NCBI GenBank assembly: GCA_024626585.2
Contig: JANKJI020000004.1
Coordinates: 156,776,568-156,795,257 of the forward strand
Reading direction: 5' to 3'
Source of the DNA: Ginkgo biloba
Lineage: Eukaryota > Plantae > Ginkgophyta
DNA length: 18,690 nucleotides
Part shown: positions 1-12,309 of the stretch, one piece after another
How positions within the stretch are numbered: position 1 is the stretch's first letter
Layout of the letters: each line of letters starts with the position of its first letter
Position numbers and translations under genes: made by a program
Notes under the pieces: generated by a model
Told to the model about the DNA's origin: nothing
The model's input: only the letters and a program-made list of their open reading frames with translations
The model's database searches: none

Positions 1-805
1 TAGTGTTGGTGATAGAAAATCCATCTGGTTCTAACTTAGAAACCTCCTCTTCAATATATTAGAGGTGGTCCTTATAAATTTTTACCTGTGCCTTCACCTA
101 TTACTCAACAAATTTTGACCTGCACTTTATAGTGTTGAAGGAGGTTGATGATTTTATGAGTTTCTCCTTGGGTCTAAATATAATCTTGCTAAGACTATTA
201 GTAGGATGGATTTAGGCCATTCAAATCCTCTACTTCCTCCATATATGTGCTAATTTTTTCAACGATTACCTTGGCCTACTTCACGTTTTGAAGTGCCTCC
301 TACACTATTTATGGCTTCTTCTAAAATATCGATCCAAGAAGGTAGCTTCCTTAACCATTTCCTCTATTACTTTTGTGTATGATAAGTAGGTCATGAGTGA
401 CTCCTATGCCTTTTGTCTATCCTATTTGGCCTTCTAATTTTGTGCTTGCACCCATGCCTCATGTTCTTATCAAAATATTAGGAGGGTCTATAACTCATTG
501 TTGGTGTCTTGTTTATATTTTTATAGGGCGTCAATTTACTATTCTAGTTGATTAGACTAATGGGTTTCCCTCTTGCTAGTTTCCTATTGTTGGCGGATGA
601 TGGTCCCCAGGATGGTTATCTATGAACTACTTGAAGGTAAGTTAGACTAGTCCACAAGATGACCCCCTATGTCCTTGGCACACTATATGAGGTCGGTCAT
701 TTCTTGGGTTGATTCTTGCACCTTCTTTTCTAATGCAATCACCTACTCCATATGTACTATATTTTATTCATTCATGATCTGTTGTGTTGGCATGAAATTC
801 TTCAT
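1..805 (-). mobile_element. Decayed long coiled-coil ORF, probably a retrotransposon accessory ORF
   Basis: One frame runs ~230 codons from 805 to ~105: MKNFMPTQQIMNE*NIVHME*VIALEKKVQESTQEMTDLI*...LE**IDAL*KYKQDTNNEL*...KEALQNVK*AKVIVEKISTYMEEVEDL. Its ~20 stops are nearly all TAG/TAA (Gln decay), and composition is E/K/Q/L heptad-like. Family identity is inferred, not recognised. Confidence 0.5.
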
Positions 806-1375
806 CGATAATCTAGATGTGATAATGGTGATAATACTAGGGGGCTTGTTCCCAAATTATAAATGTTAGAATCAACAAGGTTTTGTTGATGTCCAAAAAC
901 TTGAGGATATCTTCTCCCATCGGTCGACGCTTGCTAGAGTTTATGGAATATTTGTTGGACAACCCTAAACGATTGATATTAGTATGATTCCACTTATAGC
1001 ACTCTATTCGATGGATTGTTATTATCCAATTTATGTGGCACCTCTCGATGTTCCTTGGTCCCTGGTCAAACTAGTTGGTCTATCTTTCTATTGTCCATAG
1101 ACTTATGTAAATGGATATAACTATTGGAGTGTCTTAGTTATTGGTTTTTGTTGTTCCTACTTGATTATGGTTCTGGAAGTGTCTTCTATCCTTATCTATT
1201 TATCCTATTGTTATTATTACATTTATTCTAGGTTAGTCTTCTATTATTGTTCAGTATCCTAATATTTTTGTCTTGNNNNNNNNNNNNNNNNNNNNNNNNN
1301 NNNNNNNNNNNNNNNNNNNNNNNNNNNNNNNNNNNNNNNNNNNNNNNNNNNNNNNNNNNNNNNNNNNNNNNNNNN

Positions 1376-2374
1376 GATCTCTTAACTCATTTCATCTTGC
1401 TCACACATGATATGTCATCCACATTCCAATTTGATTGATATGTTGGCTCAATGTGGCCTCCAAGTTCTACAAATTGTTCATCTCTCTTAAGGAACTCTAT
1501 TCTTAAATCATCATAGTAATTGGTGTTATAGTCCTTCACCACCATGACTCCCACAACATACAATGTGCTTAACAATACCATGAAGTCCAACCATAATAGA
1601 CTTAGTTATGTTGTGATACCTTTGTTACCTTAAACTAAACTCCATGAATAACTTCATTATAACATTTTATATAATTTTGAGATGTATAACAAATTTATAT
1701 AATAAATAACTTCACATAAAACTAGAAATAAATTATATCTGGCTTATCAAAAGGTGTGGCACATAGAGATATTATAGACATTCACAATAATTGAAGATTA
1801 ACTATCAAGGAAGAGACGGTGTTGCCAAAGATAAGTAGTTTATATGGATTTTGGAAAGATTGTACGAAATAGCATATGACACTGATGGAGATATTATCAT
1901 AAGCTCTATACAGACAACAAAGATATGAGAATATTAAAGTAGTAAAACTTATATTTTGGGTACTACCACTGTCTCAAATATAGCTTAGTGTGCCCTTAAA
2001 CAAAATGTCCTTGTTTTTTCACATTGTTCTTTCTTTATCTAAGGAAAGCACAATAAAGAACTCAACACAATGTGGGTGTCATATACAATTACAATAATGA
2101 AATTAATAAATAAATAAAAAGTAGTGTTAAATTCAAAATTTCTTAAGAATAAGTCAAAACAATTTTAATTAAATTCAATCCAATCACATTTTACAATCTT
2201 TTAAAGTGCCCATGTATTTACTTTAAATAATCTATAATTTAATTTATTTTGTCGAAATTACTTCAATGACGCTAATGCAAAATGACCCTTTGCATGGAAA
2301 TAATTCTAGTCCATAGAATTAGAAAGCTCTAAGTTTAGCAATTAGAGTCTATATTAGGATGGCCTACGCACTAA
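1376..2374. repeat. Repeat A copy 1 (truncated by gap on the left)
   Basis: Shares colinear blocks with the other copies, e.g. cttagttatgttgtgatacc, aaactagaaataaatta, attaactatcaaggaagag, gagaatattaaagtagtaaaacttatatt, ccctttgcatggaaataatt. Confidence 0.92.
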
Positions 2375-2586
2375 GGATTAAATTTTAAGATATCAATATC
2401 CTAAAAAATTGGTTTAACTCATAGTAAAAAGGTTGTAAATTTTTTGAAATTGAAATGCATAATAAGTTTTTATTTGTGCATAAAAGNNNNNNNNNNNNNN
2501 NNNNNNNNNNNNNNNNNNNNNNNNNNNNNNNNNNNNNNNNNNNNNNNNNNNNNNNNNNNNNNNNNNNNNNNNNNNNNNNNNNNNNN

Positions 2587-3660
2587 TCCCTAAACACAGG
2601 ACACCCACACACCAACAAAATATAATTTTATTATGTCTTTGTTTACATTACATCTCACTATCTCATTGAGATATTTTGTCAAACACATAACCCATAGGCC
2701 AAATAAAATAATTAAACAACTCAGTCCTCTTAGGTAATGGTCATATGCACTCTTCTAGTAACTAGGCTCTAATACTAAATAAGAATAGATTTCAATACAA
2801 ATTATAAAATGGTTAATTTTTTAATTTTTTTTTAAACATCATTACGAAAAAAATCTCATTGATTTCTTGCACCACCTATGTAGCTTCTCATAATGTCTCG
2901 ACTACTTCAGGTCCACTCACACATAATGTGTCATCCAAATTTCAATTCGATTCATGTGTTGGCTTTATGCAGCCTTCATGTTCTACAAATTGGTCTTTTA
3001 CATTTGACAAAGGTTCTCTCTCAAGGCGTTCTATTCTTTAATCATCACAAAAACTGGTGTAATAGTCCTCCACCACCACAATCTCCACAACATACAACAT
3101 GCTTAATAATGCCATGAAGTCCAACTAGAACAAACTTAGTTAAGTTGTGATACCTTAATTACCATAAACCGAATTTAATGAATACCTTCATTACAACATT
3201 ATACATAATTTTGAGATGTATAAGAAAATGCTACAAAAAATAACTTCACATAAAACTAGAAATAAATTACATTTGGCTTCTCAAAAGGTGCGGCACTTAG
3301 AGAAATTATAGACATTAACAATAATTAAAGATTAACTATCAAGGAAGAGAAGGTGTTGCCAAAGTTAAATAGTTAATATGGCTTTTGGAGAGATGGTACC
3401 GAATAGCATTTGACATTGATGTAGATATTATTGTAGGCACTATGGAGACAACAAACATATGAGAATATTAAAGTAGTAAAACATATATTCTAGGTACTAC
3501 CCTATTTCAAATATAACTTAATGTGTCCTTAAAGAGAATGTCCTTGATTTTTTACACGAGTAACAATTCCTTTCTTTCTCCGAGGAAAGCTCAATAAAGA
3601 ACTCAACATAATGTGGGTGTTGTATGCAATTACACTAATGAAATTAGTAAAAAATTAAAA
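2587..3660. repeat. Repeat A copy 2 (right end interrupted)
   Basis: Starts tccctaaacacaggacacccacac, identical to 13598 onward, and stays colinear with copy 4 up to aaattagtaaaaaa at ~3655. Confidence 0.92.
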
Positions 3661-3665
3661 AGAGG

Positions 3666-4147
3666 TGTGAGATTAGTAAGGTTAGACAACAAGAATCATT
3701 TTACTTTTATAATATCCATTCATGTACATATAACAAGAGCCAAGCCACATAGATAGGTATATAGAGCACATTTATAAGAATTAAGCCTTGGAAGTACTAA
3801 AAAGAATAATGAAGAACAAGATCACCTTTAGTGATAATAAAACACATGGAAAAAATGTTATTTAAATAGAACACACTAAACCCAAAGACTCAAACTATAA
3901 AATACACTAAAGTGAATGACTAAAACTAGATCTCCTAACCTATTGATTTTAGAATGTATTGAGTATAATTGTCACTACACCAAACTTCAAAAGAAATAGA
4001 GCTCCGAAACTAAAAATTGGCTATTCCTTTTATTCCTTGATACTTACAAGAGATGGATATAAACCAAAATAATTAAAAATGAAAATGAAATACAAACCTA
4101 TAGGAGAGTAAATCATGCATGTAGTAAAGGTTTAATTTTTAACTAGT
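3666..4147. mobile_element. Possible LTR fragment inserted into repeat A copy 2
   Basis: Homology to repeat A ends abruptly and new sequence begins TGTGAGA. A TATAAAT lies on the minus strand at ~3770-3776. No partner LTR or TSD is visible because a gap follows. Confidence 0.3.
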
Positions 4148-4251
4148 NNNNNNNNNNNNNNNNNNNNNNNNNNNNNNNNNNNNNNNNNNNNNNNNNNNNN
4201 NNNNNNNNNNNNNNNNNNNNNNNNNNNNNNNNNNNNNNNNNNNNNNNTAGT

Positions 4252-5577
4252 TTTTGGTTATATACACTCTTCTAGTGATGAGGCTCTCATACTTAAAAGG
4301 ACTAGATTTCAATACAAATTATAAAATGGTTAAATTTTTTATTTTTATTTTAAACATCATTGGGAAAAAATTCTCGCCAGTTTCTTGTACCACCTGCATA
4401 GCTTCTCATGATGTCTCAACTCCTTTCATCCTTCTCACATAGAATGCTTCATATACATTCTAATTTGATTCATGTGCTAGCATGATGTGGCATATACATT
4501 CTACAAATTAGTCTTTGACCTTTAACAAAGGTTATCTCTTAAGGAATTTCATTCTTTAATAATCACAACAACTAGTGTGCTATTCCTCCACCAACATGAC
4601 CTCCACAACATGCTTAACAATGCCATAAAGTACAATTAGAACATACTTAGTTATGTTGTGATACCTTCATTACCTTAAACCTAACTCCATGAATACCTTC
4701 ATTACAACATTATACAATTTTGAGATGTATAATAAAATGATATAATAAATAACTTCGCATAACACTAGAAATAAATTACATCTAGCTTATCAAAAGGTAT
4801 GGCACTTGGATAAATTATAAACATTCATAATAATTTAATATTAACTATCAAGCAAGAGAAGGTATTGCCAAAGATAATAAGTTAATATGGATTTTGGAGA
4901 CATAGTACTAAATAGCATATGAAATTGATGGAGATATTACCATCGGCTCTATGGAGACAACAAACATATGAGAATATTCAAGTAGTAAAACTTATATTCT
5001 AGGTACCACCCCTATTTCAAATATGACTTAATGTGTCCTTGATTTTTTTCACGGGTAACAACTCCTTTCTTTCTCCAAGGCAAGCACAATAAAGAACTCA
5101 ACATAATGTGCGTGTCGTATGCAATTACAATAATGAAATTAGTAAAAAATTTAAAGAATAATTAAAAACAAATTTATTAAGAATAAGTCAAAAAAAATTC
5201 AATTAAATTCAATCCAATCGCATTTTACAATGTTTTTAAAGTGTTTAACTATTTACTTTGAATAATATATGGTTTAACTTATTTTGCCAAAATTACTTTT
5301 AACGATGTTAATGCAAAATGGCCCTTTGCATGGAAATAATTATAGCAGCACAGTTACAAAGCACTTCTCTCAATTCAGCAAGTAGAGATATTAGGACAAC
5401 GTATGCATTAATACTTCTCGTAATTTGTTCAGATCTATTCCTTTAAATTATTTGCAAATTTGAACAGTTAAAATATGTCATTTCTATTGATCAACAACTA
5501 TCGTTCTCTCAAGACCTCAGAGACCATGTGGTGCTTGGGATACCAGCTGAGGTTCTAGAGAACAATTTTAAATAAGT
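4252..5577. repeat. Repeat A copy 3
   Basis: Colinear with copy 4 from cactcttctagtga to gaggttctagagaacaatt..aaataagt. Confidence 0.92.
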
Positions 5578-5907
5578 AATCAAACATAATACCAAAATCT
5601 AGAAGCAAATAGATGTGTGCTATCAACAATGTCAAGCAATTATCTATGGAATGCAAGGCATTCAAAAGGTTCGCCGACGCAAACTAACGCCAATAGTTTG
5701 TGCAAAACTTTGAAATTGCATCACAAAATGATCCGAGATGAGAATTTTCAACTGCACATCAACGCACTCAACAACGACTTTAATAATTGCCATAGCAAGC
5801 TGTATATGGCACATCGCAACAAATAAAAGAATTAAACAATTACAATTACGACTTTGAAGAAATTTCAACTATTTAAATTTTATTTTAATTTCGAATAAGG
5901 GAACATG

Positions 5908-6134
5908 GTTTATTAAAATTTAAATAGTACCCTATAAACATATAAATGCTTAAGCAGTAGTAACAGAGTATTGTAAAGTATGAACAACTTTTCTAATGAA
6001 TTACGCTTAATTTTGTTCGTTTATTAAAATTTAAATAGTACCCTGTAAACATATAAATGCTTAAGTAATGGAAAAACAATATTCTAAAGAATAAACAACT
6101 TTTACAATCAAGTACGCTTAATTTTGTTTGTTTA
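5908..6134. repeat. 111-bp tandem duplication (2 units)
   Basis: gtttattaaaatttaaatagtaccct(a/g)taaacatataaatgcttaag occurs at 5908 and 6019, and tacgcttaattttgtt at 6002 and 6113. Both give a period of 111. Confidence 0.9.
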
Positions 6135-7209
6135 ACCCTTTTTTGTAACGAACATTCTATAACCTTCAATTTTAAAAACAATAATTGTCAACATCCAATT
6201 ATCGTCGATGATTATATATTTCTATTCAATGCAAAGATCTAGTTTTTACATGATGTTATGAAAAGGACTTCACTTGTGCAAGAATTAGAGTTTGTGTTCA
6301 ACGTCTGTGAAAGCATATGTTGTAAATTTAATATCTATTTTGTTTCCTTTTTTGTTAAAGTTTCTCAAAATATTATGTTCTATTCCATTACTTAATGCCT
6401 ATTTGCACTCCGTTATGATTATTATTTTTAAGCATTATTTTTTTATTATTATTTTGAATAAGATTTTTAACATACATCGATAGATAATCAGAATAACTAT
6501 TTCCCAAAAATTATCAATAATTCAAATGTTTCACAACCAAANNNNNNNNNNNNNNNNNNNNNNNNNNNNNNNNNNNNNNNNNNNNNNNNNNNNNNNNNNN
6601 NNNNNNNNNNNNNNNNNNNNNNNNNNNNNNNNNNNNNNNNNGGTCATGATAATTTGTCCTACACGTCTCTCTTTTTTACTCTAATGAAATATTTATTATT
6701 CAATAAATATTTCTAAAATCTATTTCTGCTAAAGCCATCTCTTTCCTTTCTCACCATAGATTAAACTCAATCTCTTAATTGTATGAACCTATCCTTTTAA
6801 TGATTGATCCAAGTGATTTAGATCAAAATATACTCCTTATTTGTACATCCAAGTTTAGAGATCCCAAGACTATCCTAATCTACTCATCCAATTATTTTGT
6901 CAGAGTGTTATGAATGTCATTGGCTCAATCAATGATATTTCATTTCTTATCAAATTGGTATATCATATACATCACATGATGATATGATTTGTGGTATTTT
7001 TATTTCCAAATAACGTACAAAGTAATGATTCCAAGTCCTCATTTTTAAATCTAATTCCATGGTATCATGCACATGCTTGGTTATAGGGATTCTAAAGGGA
7101 TAACTTTTCTAGGAATTATTTAATCAAATCTATGATTCAAGGGTAAATTCAATACAATCCATTAACCCATAGATTGTATATGTAGTTCTACTATCAGGGT
7201 CAAACCTCA

Positions 7210-7980
7210 TTTCCAACTATCTGAACCACTCTTTGTTAAATTTTGTATGATTTGAGAAATTGAAATCTATGTACCAATAATTTTATTCATTATGAGTTTC
7301 AAGAGTAGAGAAGAAAAGATTCTCTCTAATGTTATTTTTAACTTTGTTACCCTTGACTATAGTATTTACATATCTTCTAGAATGATTATCTTTCGTTCTC
7401 TTCCTACAATCCTCTTAGAAGTGTCTAGGTTTACCATAATAGAAATAAGTTAGGACTATATTACTCCCCCTACCTCTTGAATTTTTACCTCTTCTTCAAA
7501 AATTCTTCCTAGCTCCTTCATTATTTCTTCTACTATATTGTGGATTTTTTCAAATCTAGGTTGATTTCTGTATGGACCAAATTGTCCTCTCTATGCATTA
7601 TAAATTTCTCTTTTGCCTTTAAGTCTTGCTTTGGTAGAAAAATTATGCTCCAAACTTTTCTCATTTAACTTAAACTTTTTTTTCTCTTGTAATAGCATAC
7701 CACTCAGCTCATCCATTTTCAAAGTTGATATTTTATGTGATACTTCAATACTAGTCACTAATACTACAAACTTCTTTAATAAGTTATTTAATACAATTGA
7801 AACTAAGGTTACTTTTTCTATTTCATCTCCCAATGCAGTTGACTATTTAAGAATTCCCTCAAACTCTATTAAGTACTCAATGATGGTGTCATTATCTTAC
7901 ATTTTTAATCTATATAGCTTATTCCTCAAGTATAAGAGTCTTGATTCATTAACTGATTCATACATCTTCCTTAAAATTAC
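7210..7980 (-). mobile_element. Ty1/Copia LTR retrotransposon relic: gag (UBN2-type), zinc knuckle and start of aspartic protease
   Basis: Minus frame reads ILRKMYESVNESRLLYLRNKLYRLKM*DNDTIIEYLIEFEGILK*STALGDEIEKVTLVSIVLNNLLKKFVVLVTSIE...LKMDELSGMLLQE (Copia gag). A decayed CCHC knuckle YFYYGKPRHF*EDCRK lies at ~7450-7400 (TGT->TAT). The protease motif WYIDFNFSNHTKFNKEWF at ~7276-7223 compares with the consensus WYIDSGASNHMT..KEWF. Confidence 0.9.
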
Positions 7981-10475
7981 NNNNNNNNNNNNNNNNNNNN
8001 NNNNNNNNNNNNNNNNNNNNNNNNNNNNNNNNNNNNNNNNNNNNNNNNNNNNNNNNNNNNNNNNNNNNNNNNNNNNNNNNAATGATTAAAGTTAGTGAGG
8101 AAATTGAAGATGAAGTAAAACTAATCCTAAGCACACTCTTAGGGATACCTCTAAGTGTTATAAAGGAGTCCCCTCAGGTTTAAATACGATCCCAACTAAA
8201 CTAAAATACAAAGAGACAGTAATGCGTGATCTCTCTGAATGGAAATATTTTCAATCTACTAGTCCATGTCTCCCTCCAACAGTGATCGAAAGAAGATTAA
8301 GACAAGGAACTTAATACTACAGTAATTGATCTTCAAGGTTTTAATCTAGCAGTGCTCAAAGAAGGTCCCTAAAAATTATTTAGATTATTATGTATATTTA
8401 AAGGGATATTAAGATCAATTCTTGAGGATAAATGTATATAAAAGAAAGAATGGAAAACATTCTAGTATAACTTAAACTTGTAAATTAGGAATTATTCTCA
8501 AAAGACATGCCAATGTCGCTTGACACTTATATTCAAAACAACTCTTCTCATTCATATAATAATATCATTCACTATTAAACACTAGAAGTGCTTAATGCTT
8601 AAAGTAAAATTTATCTCATCAACTACAACACTAACACAACTAACAATGTTTGATCACATCAACATTAGAAGAATATGAAAATATGTAGATTTTATTCAAA
8701 TGATAGTCTAGATTATAAGTATGAGATCTTGAAAAATGCATAGGAGTATTAAAATATTTGATTTAAATAATCTTACAGTATCTAATACAAAGGTCAAAAT
8801 AACCCACAAGGGTGCACACAAGCTCTAGACATAGGCAGTGTTATAATAATTTGCAAGATAATGACACTGATGTTATAAACACAACAAGGATAAAGAAGAC
8901 ACCAATAATAACACTAGCATGAGATGGGTTTTTCTCACTAGGTATTAGAAAATGTTGAACCCTTTGTATTTCCTTTCTTTTTCCTTTTATACATCTTACA
9001 AACCTCCTCATTCTATTGTAGTGATTAAAACAGTTGGGCCATCTGATAGAGATCGGTGAATAACTACCTTGGAATATCTCTATTGACCAACGTGTGACTA
9101 AAGACTGTTCTAGGAACCTATTAAAAACATGAAGGGGAATAGGAAAGACATATAATATTGGATTATCAATGGAGATGCTTTTTTAGACATTGAAATCCTG
9201 CTATAGGTATGGTTTCTCAATTGCCCAAAAAAGAGTCTCAAGATCGACCCATGGGTTTTTCCTGATCCCAATACATGCTCAGGTCATGGAGATGGAAGGT
9301 TAATAGTGAACACATTATTTCCTATCTCCAATGCTTAGTATGTCTAGTATCTAGTGAGGATGATAGTTACTTGAAGCTCTTTCCTAGTCTCAAGTTTCCC
9401 CACTGAATGTGATGGCTATGCTTGCATTTTTTATTTTAATATTATACTAGATAGAATCATTTGTACTATGATATATTACAAAACATTTAAACATGTATTT
9501 ATTGTATTAAAAGGGATGAAATAAAATAAAAAAAATTGCGTACCTGGATGGTTGATATGAAAAAATATTTTGTATGTACACTATTTACAACATATCTAAT
9601 ATGGTTTTATGAATATAAATGTTTTGTGCATTTCCCATAGGGTGGTAGGGACAATACACTGTATAAATAATCCTTGATTTTTTATGACTATGAAGTATTA
9701 GGATTTGCTCCTAGTTTGTCTTTCACCTTATGGTGTGATATTGCTGGGTAGTTTATTTTTATTTCCCTATGATTATAAACCAATTGGCTTTATTTTATAA
9801 AATCACTTCTTGAGAATCCTAGGCTGCTTCTTGCCTCTCTCTTGACCATGGTAAGATATTATTAAAATGCCTCTTGATAGAACTACTAAATACTCTACCT
9901 CTGTCATATTTATAAACTAGTGGTGGTTTCATCTCATGATCATGATAGTTTGTAACTTTTCCTTCATCTCTCAAGATTTAAAGAATTTGATCTTCTTCTT
10001 TAAAAGATTGCTAGTGCCCTTAATTATCTCGTAATGAGGGTTGTATTAGAACTTCAACTTCTAATTTGCTTTGGGAAAGGTAGAGATAAGGCGAAAATAA
10101 TAGAGCTTACCCAACTAGTGAGTTAGCTAATCAATTTTGTTTGTGAGGAANNNNNNNNNNNNNNNNNNNNNNNNNNNNNNNNNNNNNNNNNNNNNNNNNN
10201 NNNNNNNNNNNNNNNNNNNNNNNNNNNNNNNNNNNNNNNNNNNNNNNNNNATATTTCTTTAATAAACCTTGTATTCTATTAAGTAACCTAGAGAATATAC
10301 TACCATAAGAAAAATGGATGAGACTATATGGAACCATTTCCTAATGGACCTAAATATCCCGAAGGATGGGGATTTTAATCCATTCACTGACATTTTGGAA
10401 GACGCATCAAAAAATAACACTTAAGTCAACTTGAGGAAATATTCCCTAAATCCCAATAATAAGAGAATGATTTTG

Positions 10476-11392
10476 TTATAGGTTTTGCTCTTCATCATCT
10501 TCTTTAGGCAGCTCATACCTGCATAGAGGGCACGAGTTTTGCAAACACAGCCATGAAAGTATGCAGTGAGCATGAAAGAGATGCAAGCAAGGCAACTCTT
10601 TCGCTGACTCTCCAATACAAACATTTTCCTTACAAATTGCACATTGCGCGTTACCAATGTCCAAATGCTCCGTCCGAATTACAAGTGTTGGCAAACCATC
10701 CACAGCAACATTTCATGGGACATGCCATCTTCATACGCTAGACGAATAGACTGCCATTTTATGTTAATGGTATCGTTCTCCAGCCCTTGAAGAATTTGAG
10801 ACCAATCCAAATTCATGCTTAAAATTTAAATAATAGACATGGCTTTCTTATATCCATATTAAAATCCAATATAGATATCAATATCCTTTATTTTTCCATT
10901 CTCTTCTTTTTTATCATTACTTTCTTCTTCGTCTCCATTATTTTCATCAAATAGAAGCCAACCTTCAATAAACATCGTTAAATTCCCATTACTATCGAAA
11001 TTGATGCTCTTGACTGACATATTGCAATCGTCATTTTGGAAAGCGAAAGGCTCATTTTGGTGTTCAAATATAGCTTGGGCTTGAACCAACAGATTGTCGC
11101 ATAAATGAACAATATTAGAGGTTTTAGAATGCATTTCTTCTTCTCCCTCGGGTTGGGCAGCAGTGCATGGATTTGGATTTGGCTGGCCTGTACGAATGCA
11201 CCATTTTACAATTTGAAGGAACTGTCGATTATACCACTGCACCTCCCGCTTATCCATACCTCGTGAACTTTCATAATCTGCAATGTCGTTGTGGCACTCC
11301 CTACAAACGAACAAATTTTGAACTAATTCGCACCTCATATTAATATTCACATTCACTGTTGATAGGTTGGTTTTGTGGGCTTGACATGACAA
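10476..11392 (-). pseudogene. CIP8-like RING-H2 (C3H2C3) E3 ubiquitin ligase, disrupted, intronless
   Basis: The C-terminal frame 10703-10476 has C-x2-C-x14-C-x-H-x2-H-x2-C-x10-C-x2-C (CAICKENVCIGESAKELPCLHLFHAHCILSWLCLQNSCPLC, ~10643-10521), preceded by AVDGLP and followed by RYELP. The upstream frame 11392-10859 has FVCREC (zinc-ribbon half), FLQIVKW and an acidic tract. Reading through TAA at 10861-10859 and 10828-10826 gives LDWSQILQGLENDTINIK, resembling the LDWAEILMGIEDNSIEFR motif I recall from Arabidopsis CIP8. The frame then shifts at ~10712-10707. Confidence 0.85.
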
Positions 11393-11529
11393 TCGAGATG
11401 GGGATGATTACTGCAGTCCAAACTCGGCACTGTGCGACGAATGTAGAAAGAAACAAAGAAATCACCTTATGCTTCATGCAGGTCATAAATGTCGAATCAT
11501 TTATTTGTATTTATGGATCATTGTCTCAA

Positions 11530-11537
11530 TTTATATA
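11530..11537 (-). promoter_or_regulatory. Candidate TATA box (TATATAAA) of the RING gene
   Basis: TATATAAA on the minus strand ~143 nt upstream of the ATG at 11387, followed by a pyrimidine-rich 5'UTR-like tract (ttctttgtttctttct, ~11460-11445). The AT-rich context makes a chance match likely. Confidence 0.3.
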
Positions 11538-11642
11538 TTTAACATTAAATCATTTTCCTTTTGCAAAGGACTAAATTTTATTCTATGCATAATTTTTTGA
11601 TAAGTTATTGATAGAGATTCCACTTATTAACCCCTCAAATTA

Positions 11643-12309
11643 TATTAGTTCCATCTTATTACAATGATAAAAGAAATTAAATAACAATAGGAAAGTAAAA
11701 TTCAACTATATAAATGTAAAACAAGCATAAAAGTAATGTTTTTTGGTAAAGAAATTGGTGAAAATATAATAAAGGATTTATATATTTCTATGGTCAAGAT
11801 AAGAAAGCAATAGATAAAATAGGAAAGCATTAACAAAAATTTAAATATCAACTTGCATTATGCCCATTGGGCTATCCCTTTATAAAACATAATGTTTATC
11901 GGTGTGGTCAAACTTTATCATGTATTTCATTATTTATTTTTATTTTTAATATGTAAGATAATGAAATGTCCTTTAAGCCTTACCTATCAATTACATAACC
12001 ATATAAGTATTTTTGTCACCCTCTCTAATAGGGCTCAATTATATGTCCTATTTGTTATCAACTATGATCTTATTAAAAGTAATTTGTTGAGTAATATATG
12101 AGTTATTATCTCAAGAGTATGAGTTATTCATACTTTATTCTCTCAAATATCTACTTGTTTCCTTTATTCTTAATTTATTTCACTATTCCAACCTCCATTT
12201 CTTACCATTGCATCTATGTATTAGTCTACAGTTGCAACTCTATCTTATTTATTCATTTCTTTTTGGGGTTGACATATACTTTTGAACAATATAAATTACA
12301 TTCATTTAT
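11643..12309. repeat. Repeat B copy 1
   Basis: Colinear with 17472-18161: attagttccat, gaaattaaataa, atttatatatttctatgg, tatccctttataaaa, ggtgtggtcaaactt, ttcactattccaa, acattcatttat. Confidence 0.9.

Noticed and set aside
7613-8089. 158-aa plus-strand ORF
   Set aside because: It is the antisense shadow of Copia gag and runs through an N gap.
8081-8840. Possible Gypsy LTR fragment
   Set aside because: Only a general resemblance; no terminus, partner LTR or TSD is visible.
10421-10741. Overlapping ORFs 10421-10657 (-) and 10553-10741 (+)
   Set aside because: These are alternative-frame shadows of the RING coding sequence.
10818-10920. GT..AG intron (gtaatg at 10920 to ttttaag at 10818) that would remove both stop codons of the RING gene
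   Set aside because: Its 103-nt length shifts the frame and loses the LDWSQIL motif frame. It also does not match the intronless structure expected for the family.
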